From positions 1,332-65,331 of the forward strand of contig JAGGSQ010000069.1 in the NCBI GenBank assembly GCA_021159015.1: 64,000 nt of DNA, in the 5' to 3' direction. The notes below the pieces were generated by a model. That model had not been told where the DNA came from, searched no databases, and saw only the letters and a list, made by a program, of their open reading frames with translations. This DNA comes from Candidatus Omnitrophota bacterium (GTDB taxonomy: Bacteria > Omnitrophota > Gorgyraeia > Duberdicusellales > Duberdicusellaceae). Positions 36,698 to 46,044 of this stretch are shown one piece after another. Numbering within the stretch: position 1 is the first letter of the stretch; every line of letters begins with the position of its first letter. The translations under genes and the position numbers were made by a program.

Positions 36698-38254
36698 TCA
36701 GTTTTTTATTCGGTTTTCTGCCATATGCTTCAATCTGCCTTCAGCAATCTTGCCGCTGCGCGTCTTGGGAAGCTCTTTCACAAACTCAAAGTAATGGGGG
36801 ATTTTAAAATGCGCCAGCTTCTTCTTCAAAAATTCTCTTAATTCTTCCTCTTTGACTTCTGTATCTTCTTTACTTACTATAAATACTTTGGGCACTTCTC
36901 CCCGCAAGCGGTCAGAAACACCCACAGCGGCACACTCCTGCACCGCCGGATGCTCGGACAAAGCTTTCTCTATCTCCCACAAAAAAACTATCTCTCCTCC
37001 TACTTTCAGCATCTGCTTCTTCCTTCCGGCAATGTAATAAAATCCTTTCTCATCTCTGTAGGCTAAATCGCCGGTGCGAAAAAAACCCTCTGGCGTAAAA
37101 GAGGCTTCATTTAAAGAGGGATTTTTATAATAGCCTTTGAATACGGCTTTGCCTCTGATTAACAACTCACCTACCTCGCCTTCTTTCACCTCCTCTCCTT
37201 CCTCATTAACAAGTTTTACTTCTACATCGGGCGAAGACACGCCGATACTCTCGATATTAGCAGAATCGGGCGGCGTAACAATGTTAGGAGGAGAAGTTTC
37301 GGTCATCCCCCAACCGTTGAGAAGTTTTGCCTGTGGACAAAGTTTGTGGAATTTCTTAAGCAAGCGCGGCGAAGAGGGAGCGCCAAAAACGACTACATAC
37401 CTCAAGGTTTTTAGATTAAATCCCTCCAAATCTTTAAGGGTAAACAGCGCTACATACATAGAAGGCACTATCCAGAAAAAGGTAATCTTAAATTGCTCAA
37501 TATTCTTAAGGAACTGGCGGGGAGCAAATCTTTCCATTAACACAACCTGCAGACCAAAATATACCATTAACAGAAAATACACCCATCCCCCTGCATGAGA
37601 AAGAGGAATAGCACAAAGAACATTATCGTTCTCATTGATATCGGAAAGGAAATACTTTACTTGCCGCGGCGAATACTCAAGATTGTCGTAAGTAATAACT
37701 ACGGCTTTAGGCTGGCCGGTGGTTCCGGAAGTATAAGAAATTATAGCCTCCTCACCCCGAGCATTGTCTATAAAGGCTCCTGCCTTTTCCTCTGCCCCGT
37801 TCTTTATCAGCTGAGAAAAACTCAAAAAATCACCCTCCCGAGTTTCTTGTGTTTCATCAACTAACACTATCTTCACCCCTGTATCTCTCTCCAGCCTGTC
37901 ATAATTTATATTGATACGCCTCCTGGCAATAAGGATATCTACCTGGGCGTGTTTCAAAATGCTTATTAATTCCTCCTCGCTCAACATAAAATCAAGCGGC
38001 ACAGCACAAAAGTGCAAAGAGAATATAGCCGTGTAGGCTACTATATACTCCCAGCTATTGGGAAGAAATATACCTATGCGTGCCGGTTGGCAAGGAGTTA
38101 ATTCCCAAAGGCCTGCCGCACACTTAAGGCCTAATTGGTGCAGCTGGCCAAAGGTTATTTTTTTCTCTCCTGAAATAAGAGCCACCTTATCAGGGAATAA
38201 TTTACTCTTATTTTTTAGAAGAAGAGTAAAATTAAAGATTTTTCTCTCTTCCAT
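36698..38254 (-). CDS. AMP-dependent acyl-CoA synthetase/ligase (adenylate-forming enzyme)
   Basis: YTSGTTGQPKAVV (AMP-binding P-loop), GWGMTETS, FRTGDLAY and PKTRSGKI motifs. 518 aa. Confidence 0.85.
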   Translation of the reverse strand: MEERKIFNFTLLLKNKSKLFPDKVALISGEKKITFGQLHQLGLKCAAGLWELTPCQPARIGIFLPNSWEYIVAYTAIFSLHFCAVPLDFMLSEEELISILKHAQVDILIARRRININYDRLERDTGVKIVLVDETQETREGDFLSFSQLIKNGAEEKAGAFIDNARGEEAIISYTSGTTGQPKAVVITYDNLEYSPRQVKYFLSDINENDNVLCAIPLSHAGGWVYFLLMVYFGLQVVLMERFAPRQFLKNIEQFKITFFWIVPSMYVALFTLKDLEGFNLKTLRYVVVFGAPSSPRLLKKFHKLCPQAKLLNGWGMTETSPPNIVTPPDSANIESIGVSSPDVEVKLVNEEGEEVKEGEVGELLIRGKAVFKGYYKNPSLNEASFTPEGFFRTGDLAYRDEKGFYYIAGRKKQMLKVGGEIVFLWEIEKALSEHPAVQECAAVGVSDRLRGEVPKVFIVSKEDTEVKEEELREFLKKKLAHFKIPHYFEFVKELPKTRSGKIAEGRLKHMAENRIKN

Positions 38255-38332
38255 AAGTTAATTTTTATTAATAAAATTTTAATAATAATTTAAAAATACA
38301 CTACCCTTTTTCTTCCTCTGACCATAAATAAT

Positions 38333-38551
38333 TTATTTACGCGCTATATCTTGAATATTTAAGGCAATATTAATAAGGATAGAGGTTACACCCAAAATAA
38401 ATACACTTTTAGGAGTGACACTGGTTAAACCTAAATTGTAGTTGATACTCCATAATTTCAAAATAACGCTGGTAACAATAAGGATAAAACCCACGCTTAA
38501 GAAAAAATCTTCGAAAACGCGGTAATAATTTTTAAAACTCCCGCTTTCCAC
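38333..38551 (-). CDS. small 2-TM membrane protein (72 aa), paralog 1
   Basis: GTG start preceded by GGAGGCGAGG. Shares FEDFFLxxGFxLIxxSVxxxL...LGxTxVTxK..F......L.N..LNIQ with the adjacent ORF. Confidence 0.55.
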   Translation of the reverse strand: MESGSFKNYYRVFEDFFLSVGFILIVTSVILKLWSINYNLGLTSVTPKSVFILGVTSILINIALNIQDIARK

Positions 38552-38573
38552 AGCCTCGCCTCCTTTTTCATAT

Positions 38574-38786
38574 TTATACTTTATAAAAGGCCTTCACTAA
38601 ATTCTGGATATTGAGGGACAAATTAAAAAGTAAACAGGTGATAGCTGCCGCAAATATATCTTTAGCCGTAACGGTTGTAAAACCTAAATCATATTCCACA
38701 CCCAATAGCCGCATAGCTACGCTGGCAATTACTAATACAAAACCTGCTCCTAAAAAGAAATCTTCGAATAATTTATATTCTTTCAT
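38574..38786 (-). CDS. small 2-TM membrane protein (71 aa), paralog 2
   Basis: I placed the start at MKEYKLFEDFF (ATG 38786), preceded by GGGGGAGG. The ORF-track extension would overlap the divergent nfeD gene. ~45% identical to paralog 1. Confidence 0.55.
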   Translation of the reverse strand: MKEYKLFEDFFLGAGFVLVIASVAMRLLGVEYDLGFTTVTAKDIFAAAITCLLFNLSLNIQNLVKAFYKV

Positions 38787-38796
38787 CCTCCCCCTT

Positions 38797-38826
38797 TTTA
38801 CTAAAACAGCTTTTTTAGAATATAAT
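38797..38826 (+). promoter_or_regulatory. putative promoter of the nfeD-stomatin operon (TTTACT-18-TATAAT)
   Basis: Consensus -10 TATAAT at 38821-38826. Weak -35 TTTACT 18 nt upstream. About 57 nt upstream of the ATG at 38884. Confidence 0.35.
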
Positions 38827-38883
38827 AAAACCCTTAACCTGTCAACTGAAATTTTAAAGGGAAGCAATTTGACAGCTAAAAAA

Positions 38884-40209
38884 ATGGCAGCTATAATGAG
38901 AACGATGAAAAATTGGTACATAAAGCTTGGGGTAGGAGTTTTCTTTCTTCTTAGCCCCTCCTTTCTATTTGCCTCAACTCTTAATGTCTTAACTATAAAG
39001 GGGCTAATAATAAATCCGGTAATACAGGAATACATAGAAGAAGGTATAAGAAAAACCGAACAAATCCAGGGCTATCTCTTAATTCGCATTGATACGCCGG
39101 GCGGACTGCTGAAGCCTACAGAAAATATTGTAAAAATGCTCCTTAATGCCAGAGTGCCCGTAATATGTTATGTTTGGCCGCAAGGAGCCAGAGCTGCTTC
39201 GGCGGGTAGCTTTATTGCTTACGCCGGTAATATCCTGGCTATGGCCCCTAATACCCACATTGGAGCAGCTCATCCTGTAATAGGAGGAGGGCGCTGGGAA
39301 GAGATAGGAAAGACTTTGCAAGAGAAAATTACTAACGATACCTTAGCTTTGGCCCGTAATATCGCTCACGCGCGCTCGCGCCCTTACTCCTTTATTAAAA
39401 AGACGATAAAAGAAAGCCTTTCTTTTACAGCAGAAGAAGCTAAAGCCCAGAAAGCGGTAGATTTTATTGCCTCTAATCTGAAGGAATTACTAAGAGATAT
39501 CAATAACTTTCATATAGTATTAGAAGGAGACAGAACTATCGTATTGCATACTAAAGATATAGATATAAACTATATAACCTTTAGCCCGCGGCAAAAATTT
39601 TTAAATGCTATAACTGACCCTAACATTGCCTATTTATTATTTAGCTTAGGATTTTTAGCACTACTATTTGAAATAACCCATCCCGGTTTCGGCCTGGCGG
39701 GAGTAAGCGGGATTATCGCCTTACTGCTTGCTTTCTATGCCTTTCAGATTTTACCTACTAATTATACAGGTTTGGCGTTAGTAGGAGTAGGTATAATTTT
39801 TCTCATCGCGGAAGCTTTTACACCCACGTTTGGGCTACTTACAGGAGCAGGATTAATCTGTTTTATCCTGGGATCAGTTATGCTTTTTCCCCATTCTAAG
39901 ATTATACATCTATCACTAAAAACCATTATTCCTTTAGCCGTTTTAGCCTTTATCTGGACTAATTTTATCCTGGTAAAACTAATTCAGACAAGAAAACAAA
40001 GACCTCTCAACGGGAAAGAAGCTCTGGTAGGAAAAATTGGCACCGCCAAGACAAATATTTTGCGCCACGGCAAAGTGAATGTAGAAGGTGAAACCTGGAA
40101 TGCTAAAAGCAGTCGTTTAATTAAAGCTGGTGCGGAAGTAGTGATTAAAAAAGTGGAAGGGCTTAGGTTAATAGTAGAACCACTTATGGTAACAAAAAAG
40201 GAGGAGTGA
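38884..40209 (+). CDS. NfeD-family membrane-bound ClpP-class serine protease (long form, with C-terminal OB-fold)
   Basis: [47 protein letters not shown] is ClpP/NfeD-like. Followed by multiple TMs and a C-terminal beta domain. I placed the start at [11 protein letters not shown] (38884; alternatives 38899/38905). The ORF-track start at 38611 overlaps the divergent gene. Confidence 0.8.
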   Translation: MAAIMRTMKNWYIKLGVGVFFLLSPSFLFASTLNVLTIKGLIINPVIQEYIEEGIRKTEQIQGYLLIRIDTPGGLLKPTENIVKMLLNARVPVICYVWPQGARAASAGSFIAYAGNILAMAPNTHIGAAHPVIGGGRWEEIGKTLQEKITNDTLALARNIAHARSRPYSFIKKTIKESLSFTAEEAKAQKAVDFIASNLKELLRDINNFHIVLEGDRTIVLHTKDIDINYITFSPRQKFLNAITDPNIAYLLFSLGFLALLFEITHPGFGLAGVSGIIALLLAFYAFQILPTNYTGLALVGVGIIFLIAEAFTPTFGLLTGAGLICFILGSVMLFPHSKIIHLSLKTIIPLAVLAFIWTNFILVKLIQTRKQRPLNGKEALVGKIGTAKTNILRHGKVNVEGETWNAKSSRLIKAGAEVVIKKVEGLRLIVEPLMVTKKEE

Positions 40210-40943
40210 TGGTATACACAGTATTGCTTGTGGGTATATTTTATATAATAAGCTGTATAAAGATAGTTAACGAATACGAACGGGCGGTAATCTTTCGTTT
40301 GGGCAGAGTGCTTAAGAATCCTAAAGGACCGGGCATATTTTTTATTCTCTGGCCCTTAGACAGAATGATTAAACTGTCACTGCGCACAATTACCTTAGAT
40401 GTCCCTCCTCAAGATATCATCACTAAAGATAATGTTTCAGTAAAAGTTAATGCCGTTGTCTACTACCGCGTAATGGATCCTATAAAAGCTGTGGTTTCAG
40501 TAGAAGACTATAACTTTGCTACTTCTCAAATCTCGCAAACTACCTTAAGAAGTGTAATTGGTCAGGTAGAACTAGACGAGCTCCTCTCCAATCGAGAAAA
40601 AATAAACTCCTCCTTGCAAGAAATTATCGACAAGCAGACTGATCCCTGGGGAATTAAAGTATCCCTGGTAGAGATAAAACATGTTGATCTGCCGCAAGAG
40701 ATGCAAAGAGCTATGGCCCGGCAGGCGGAAGCTGAAAGAGAAAGAAGAGCAAAAGTAATCTCGGCGGAAGGAGAAGCTCAGGCGGCAGCTAAATTAAAAG
40801 AGGCGGCAGAAGTAATAAGCGGTCATCCGGTAGCTCTGCAGATGCGCTACCTCCAGACTTTAATAGATATGTCCTCTGAAAAAGCATCAACGGTAATTAT
40901 TCCTCTGCCTCTGGAATTTTTAAAAGCATTCGGAAAAGAATAA
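40206..40943 (+). CDS. SPFH/Band-7 stomatin-like protein
   Basis: N-terminal TM and an SPFH domain ([15 protein letters not shown]...[17 protein letters not shown]...) with an AEAE-rich C-terminal coiled coil. Overlaps nfeD by 4 nt. Confidence 0.85.
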   Translation: MMVYTVLLVGIFYIISCIKIVNEYERAVIFRLGRVLKNPKGPGIFFILWPLDRMIKLSLRTITLDVPPQDIITKDNVSVKVNAVVYYRVMDPIKAVVSVEDYNFATSQISQTTLRSVIGQVELDELLSNREKINSSLQEIIDKQTDPWGIKVSLVEIKHVDLPQEMQRAMARQAEAERERRAKVISAEGEAQAAAKLKEAAEVISGHPVALQMRYLQTLIDMSSEKASTVIIPLPLEFLKAFGKE

Positions 40944-40961
40944 ATCTTAAAATAAGAAAAT

Positions 40962-42365
40962 TTATTCAGACTTTACTTTCAATACTTCGCGAATAAATTT
41001 TTCTCCTTCTCCCTGTGGATGGAGGCTTCTCTTGATATATATATCTTCCGAAGAAGATAAGTCTACTATATAGCTATGAGCTAAACGGTTGTAGCCTGCA
41101 TCATAGCATATTTCCACTTGAGGTTGTTTAATAAGGGGAGGGTTCTGAGCTACGACCATACCAATATAATTATTATTTAACTTTACTATTGTGCCTAGCG
41201 GCCAAACACCAATCAAAGTAAAGAATCTATCTAACAACACCGGGTCAAACAAGCGACCTTTTTCATTAACCATAATTTGGTAAATTTGCTCTACTAAAAC
41301 TTCACTTTTATAAGGACGCCGGCTACGCAACGCATCGTAAACATCGGCAATAGTTACTAAACGCGAAAGAAAATTCGGAGGGCGCAAAAATCTGCTCCTG
41401 GGATATCCTCCCCCTATTTTAAAATGCCGGTGGTGCTGAAAAGCAATCAAAGGTACGATCTTACCGAAACCTCCTCTCTGAATAAGTAGTTTCGCTCCTT
41501 CTATAGCATGACTTTTAATCCGTTCAAACTCAGCAGCTGATATTTCTGATTTACGGTTCAATAGGTACTTTGAGATATAAATCTTCCCTATATCATGCAG
41601 CAACCCTCCCAGAGTAACTTGCAACAGATTCTCTCCTTCCAACCCTAAACCGCGCGCTTGCAAATTAGTCAAAAGAGCTACATTCAAGCAGTGCACAAAT
41701 GTATAGTCATCGTGTTTTTTAAGAGAACCTATCGCAGAGAGGAAGTTAAGTTGCATGTTATCCTGGGTAACAATACTTTCCGCCATCGCTCGCCACTCCT
41801 CTCCCTGCGACTGCTTGCTAAAAAAATCACCAAAAGCTCCTTCTAAAGTCGCTAAAGACTTTTGGTACTGATTAAGATAAAAAACAAGCTGTTCCCGGAA
41901 GGCAGGAGAAGAAACGAGTTTCTCTTCCTGCGGTGCGTTTTTACTCCTGATTTTATCTGTCTCTATATGAATAATGCCTTTTTTCTTTAAGTATTGAGAA
42001 AAATCATCTCCTTTAAGAGAAATATTCTTGTCGCTGAGAATAATCAAAAATCTTTCTAACTCCTCTTTTGTCAGCCCTCTCTTTATCCGCAGAACTGATA
42101 AGGTACGGTTTTCGAATTCTTTTAGGAAATCTTTCAAGCGTAAGCTCAAATCAAAAAATATCTGGTTCTGATAAAAAACTTCATCTTTTATAAACCCAAT
42201 CTCTATTTCACTTTGTGTACCTAAGGCTACTCTCATCTTATCGTATAAACTGCTTATCTCTTCTTGCGCCCGCGGATGACTGCAAGAGTACATTTTCACC
42301 AGCTGCAAACAGGATGCCAGTTGTTTAACTATATATTGTATATTCTCGTGTTTACTTTCCGGCAT
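40962..42365 (-). CDS. HD-GYP domain protein (probable c-di-GMP phosphodiesterase) with an uncharacterised N-terminal domain
   Basis: LHDIGKIY (HD), AFQHHRHFKIGGGYP (HH...GYP) and ADVYDALRSRRPYK. 467 aa. Confidence 0.8.
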   Translation of the reverse strand: MPESKHENIQYIVKQLASCLQLVKMYSCSHPRAQEEISSLYDKMRVALGTQSEIEIGFIKDEVFYQNQIFFDLSLRLKDFLKEFENRTLSVLRIKRGLTKEELERFLIILSDKNISLKGDDFSQYLKKKGIIHIETDKIRSKNAPQEEKLVSSPAFREQLVFYLNQYQKSLATLEGAFGDFFSKQSQGEEWRAMAESIVTQDNMQLNFLSAIGSLKKHDDYTFVHCLNVALLTNLQARGLGLEGENLLQVTLGGLLHDIGKIYISKYLLNRKSEISAAEFERIKSHAIEGAKLLIQRGGFGKIVPLIAFQHHRHFKIGGGYPRSRFLRPPNFLSRLVTIADVYDALRSRRPYKSEVLVEQIYQIMVNEKGRLFDPVLLDRFFTLIGVWPLGTIVKLNNNYIGMVVAQNPPLIKQPQVEICYDAGYNRLAHSYIVDLSSSEDIYIKRSLHPQGEGEKFIREVLKVKSE

Positions 42366-44343
42366 GAGAAAGCGCCTTCTCCTCTATATTTTTTAAAGCG
42401 TTTGTAGCCTGTTTTATCAACTCTGCCTTAAAAACAGAAAATACTCTGCCTCGCTGTACAAACTCTCTTAAAATATCCGTGGCTTCTTCGATATGGTTTT
42501 TTTTGACTATTGAAATATTCTCTCTAATGAAGCTGTTGCACAAACCAAAAATATTAAACGGTAAAATAAGTTTTCGGAGATATTTTTTTGCTGCAACCTT
42601 ATCTGTCTTAAGCAACCCCCGTAAGGCTGCTTCCCGTACGGGGAGGTATTTATTCAGAACAAAGCGTGCGAAGAAAGAAGCATCAGCCAGGCCTTTTTCT
42701 GCCAGTATTTCTATTGCTTGAGCAAGCACAAACTCACGCCGGCGATAGAAATCCGCTATCCAGAGCAAGGCATTCTTGTTTTTTTCCAAAGGCAATTGTG
42801 CCAGAAAATTCAGATATTCTTTTACCCAAAAAATGTTATCTTTATTAGCCAACAGTTGCTGAGTGCGCCGGACAATAACTGGAGGGGAGGAAAGAGATAG
42901 AAATACTTTGTAGATATGCTCGTAAATAAGCTGGGGGTGACGCATAAGTCTATCCCAGAGACGTTCAATACCTCCTTCCATATTCTGCAAAATCCCACTT
43001 ATCACTATCTTTGCTTTCTGGCTCTTACCAGCCAGACTCAACAAATTATCTAACTTTTCCTTTAGAGCAGTACATACATAATTTACCATATTCTCTCCTT
43101 CTGTTCCTTTATGAGAACGCAGAGAAGAGAAAGTCTCCCATAAATTAGCTAAGCCCTCTATATCTTCCCGCTCTACCATTACCACTAATTCTCTTTTTAG
43201 TTCCTCTGCCAACCAAGGGCTTATATTAGGTTCTAAAAAAAGCATATCTAAAATCATATACAAATATTCCTCCTCTATTTCCTGAAGTTTTACTTCATAA
43301 TGATATTTAGGAACTATCTTGTCTAAAAAGGTCGTAAGTGAATCAAGAAAGCGACAATAGGAAGCAGAAATAAATTTCTCTGTGACAGTTTCTTGCATAA
43401 GCTGTTGGGCAGCTTCTTGTAAAGCATGCAGGCGCCTAGTGTCCATCTGCCTTAATTTCTTCTCTCCCTGAGGAGACAATTTCCCAAAGGGATTTTGTTC
43501 AGTAAGAAAGGCGATTTTTCTTAAAATATCTATATTAAAAGATTTGTCAGTAGAAATAAAATCAAAAAATGATGCTTCCAAATCAGTGCTGCTAATATCC
43601 TGCAGTAGCTTCGCTATCTTGTCCCATTCTAAATTTTCTTTCTTATCAAAATTTCTTCCCAGAAAAACTTTAAGGGCTATCTGCAAGAACTTACCCGTTT
43701 TATCAGGATATTTTTGCTGTAAATAACTTTTAACCTTATCCAACAAAGAAGATAAAGAGCGCGTTTCAATACCTGAGAGTTTCTTCTCTAAAAAATCCTC
43801 TTTCTCAAGCAGATATTCTATTTCCTCTCTGCTCACATTGATACTATCTCTGCTCTCTTTCCTAACCTCTTGGCTAAAAAAATCCCAAAATGCCTCAATT
43901 GCTTCTCCTTCACTATCTAAATAACGCTGATAATCAATCTCTTCTATCTTAGCGTTTCTTACTCTTTGGTTCTCAAGCATTCTTTTTGCTCCCCCCTCTT
44001 TCCATATTTCTCGTGGCGCAGAAGCAAGAATACTAGCTAATATTCTAATTTCTTCTTTACTAATCCCCCGCAGATTTATATGTAAACTTTCTATGCGCCG
44101 CTGATGCAGATAAAGACCCAAGAAGAAGCCTCTTTCATGTTTTATCTCTTCTCCGTTTACTATTATAGATTGGGGAGTAGCATAGATATCCAGAGAAGAA
44201 GCTAGAGAGCCAATCTGTTTCAAGTACTGGTAGAATTCCTCTATGGTCTTCTGGAAACTAGGATGCTGGGGAGGATACATAGCAATGCGGTTAAATAAAA
44301 CTCCAAAGTGGCGCGAGACTTCTCCTGCCCTTATCTTAGCCAT
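42352..44343 (-). CDS. large hypothetical cytoplasmic protein (663 aa), translationally coupled to the HD-GYP gene
   Basis: No recognisable catalytic motif. Helical and acidic. Its 3' end overlaps the HD-GYP start by 14 nt. Confidence 0.6.
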   Translation of the reverse strand: MAKIRAGEVSRHFGVLFNRIAMYPPQHPSFQKTIEEFYQYLKQIGSLASSLDIYATPQSIIVNGEEIKHERGFFLGLYLHQRRIESLHINLRGISKEEIRILASILASAPREIWKEGGAKRMLENQRVRNAKIEEIDYQRYLDSEGEAIEAFWDFFSQEVRKESRDSINVSREEIEYLLEKEDFLEKKLSGIETRSLSSLLDKVKSYLQQKYPDKTGKFLQIALKVFLGRNFDKKENLEWDKIAKLLQDISSTDLEASFFDFISTDKSFNIDILRKIAFLTEQNPFGKLSPQGEKKLRQMDTRRLHALQEAAQQLMQETVTEKFISASYCRFLDSLTTFLDKIVPKYHYEVKLQEIEEEYLYMILDMLFLEPNISPWLAEELKRELVVMVEREDIEGLANLWETFSSLRSHKGTEGENMVNYVCTALKEKLDNLLSLAGKSQKAKIVISGILQNMEGGIERLWDRLMRHPQLIYEHIYKVFLSLSSPPVIVRRTQQLLANKDNIFWVKEYLNFLAQLPLEKNKNALLWIADFYRRREFVLAQAIEILAEKGLADASFFARFVLNKYLPVREAALRGLLKTDKVAAKKYLRKLILPFNIFGLCNSFIRENISIVKKNHIEEATDILREFVQRGRVFSVFKAELIKQATNALKNIEEKALSHAGK

Positions 44344-44396
44344 ATATTTATTTTCTCAAAAGAAGACACTTTTGCAACCTTCTTCCTGAGGACAAT

Positions 44397-45266
44397 TTAG
44401 GTTAAATATGAGGCAGCCTGATAAGAGCTTCTTACCCAGGGAGAGCTTTTTACGGCTTTAAATCCCATTGTTTCCGCTATCTCTCTCCATTTATCAAATT
44501 CTTGGGGGTGGACATATTGCTGCACGGGAACATGACGGAAGGAAGGTGCCAAATATTGTCCCAGGCTCAGGAAATCACATCCTACCCCTCGTAAATCCTC
44601 CAAAACTTTGATAACTTCCTCTTTTGTTTCTCCTAACCCTAACATAAGCCCTGACTTAGTGCAGAGATGAGGATTTATTTTTTTTAAATAGGCAAGTACT
44701 TCTAAAGAACGCCGGTAGACAGCTTCGGGACGCAACCTTTTATAAAGCGAAGGGACCGTTTCTATATTGTGCCCGATAACTTCTGCCCCGCTTAAAGCAA
44801 CTTTTTCTAGCGCCTGGCGGTTAAACAAAAAATCAGGTATTAAGAGCTCTACTTTTATGGTTTTGTCTATCTGTTTTATCAAACTTACACAACGAGAGAA
44901 TATTTCTGCACCTCCATCCGCTAAGTCATCACGGCTGACGCTGGTAAGCACTACATAATGCAGTCCGAGTTCGGCCACACACTTCTTTATTCTCTCCGGC
45001 TCTTCCGGATCCAGCCGGCCGGGTTTACCTTTCCCCACATTACAAAAACGGCAGTGGCGGGTACAGACATCACCCAAAAGCAGAAAAGTAACTTCTCCTG
45101 CTCTGAAACACTCGCCTATGTTAGGACACCTTGCTTCCTCACATACGCTATGCAAATTCCAACGGCGCAACGTCTGCTTCATATAGCGCAACAGGTCTAG
45201 ATTTACCGGTTTCCGCAGCCAATCTGGTTTAAGGTAATTTAGTCTCGCGACAGTAATTCCATTCAT
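44397..45266 (-). CDS. lipA: lipoyl synthase
   Basis: CEEARCPNIGEC (auxiliary cluster) and CTRHCRFC (rSAM cluster). C-terminal VRSSYQA. Confidence 0.9.
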   Translation of the reverse strand: MNGITVARLNYLKPDWLRKPVNLDLLRYMKQTLRRWNLHSVCEEARCPNIGECFRAGEVTFLLLGDVCTRHCRFCNVGKGKPGRLDPEEPERIKKCVAELGLHYVVLTSVSRDDLADGGAEIFSRCVSLIKQIDKTIKVELLIPDFLFNRQALEKVALSGAEVIGHNIETVPSLYKRLRPEAVYRRSLEVLAYLKKINPHLCTKSGLMLGLGETKEEVIKVLEDLRGVGCDFLSLGQYLAPSFRHVPVQQYVHPQEFDKWREIAETMGFKAVKSSPWVRSSYQAASYLT

Positions 45267-46044
45267 AAGTACTATACTTATTTTTTGCCAAAAATCTTGC
45301 TCTTTCTTCCTCTTCTGCTGTTAGAGGCCTTTCGTCTAAATCTACCCCCAAATTTTGCCTCAAGCATTCTTGCAGTAGCTGACGTAGGTTCTCCGCGTCT
45401 ATTTCTACAAATTCAGCCAAAGAAGCTATCTCTTGCTTTTCTTTATCTTTATATTCTTCCTGAACGAAATGATTTAAAGCATAATCTCTCTTGCCTAAAG
45501 GAATGAAGCCTTGCTGAAAAATAAAATGCTTTTTCCTCCGCTGGGCGTGTCCTCCTATCTTCTTGCCTGCTACTATAATATCACCTTCTTCTTTGCCATA
45601 AGCACATATGTGGCTAAAGGCAGAAGAAAGAAAAGCCCCTCTTTCATAGGCAAAATGCGCCTCCAAACCCAGGTGGCGTAGAGCATCTCTAACAAAAGCC
45701 GTAAGCTGAAAGTAGCTTTCTCTAACTCTCCTCGGCTTAAGAATCTGGTCAAAACACATAATGCTGTAGGTAACCTCATCATTATGCAAGACCAGTCCTC
45801 CTCCGCTCAAGCGGCGGACTAAAGAAACCCCTGCTTGTTGCATCTTGTTTTCGTCTACAATTTTATGCGGGTCTTGAAAATACCCGCAGGAAAGCCAGGC
45901 ACAGCTCCAACCATAAAAGCGGATGAATCCTGCATATTTTCTAAAACCGCTCTCCTGGAATGACTGGGCTAAAGCCTCATCGATAGCCATATTAAGAAAG
46001 CCGTCGGAAGCTCCCGTTATAATCAGGCGGAAGGCGGTACCCAT
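45229..46044 (-). CDS. lipoate-protein ligase / octanoyltransferase family protein (LplA/LipM-like)
   Basis: BPL/LPL catalytic domain with RRLSGGGLVLHND and KKIGGHAQRR (active-site Lys). Confidence 0.75.
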   Translation of the reverse strand: MGTAFRLIITGASDGFLNMAIDEALAQSFQESGFRKYAGFIRFYGWSCAWLSCGYFQDPHKIVDENKMQQAGVSLVRRLSGGGLVLHNDEVTYSIMCFDQILKPRRVRESYFQLTAFVRDALRHLGLEAHFAYERGAFLSSAFSHICAYGKEEGDIIVAGKKIGGHAQRRKKHFIFQQGFIPLGKRDYALNHFVQEEYKDKEKQEIASLAEFVEIDAENLRQLLQECLRQNLGVDLDERPLTAEEEERARFLAKNKYSTYEWNYCRETKLP

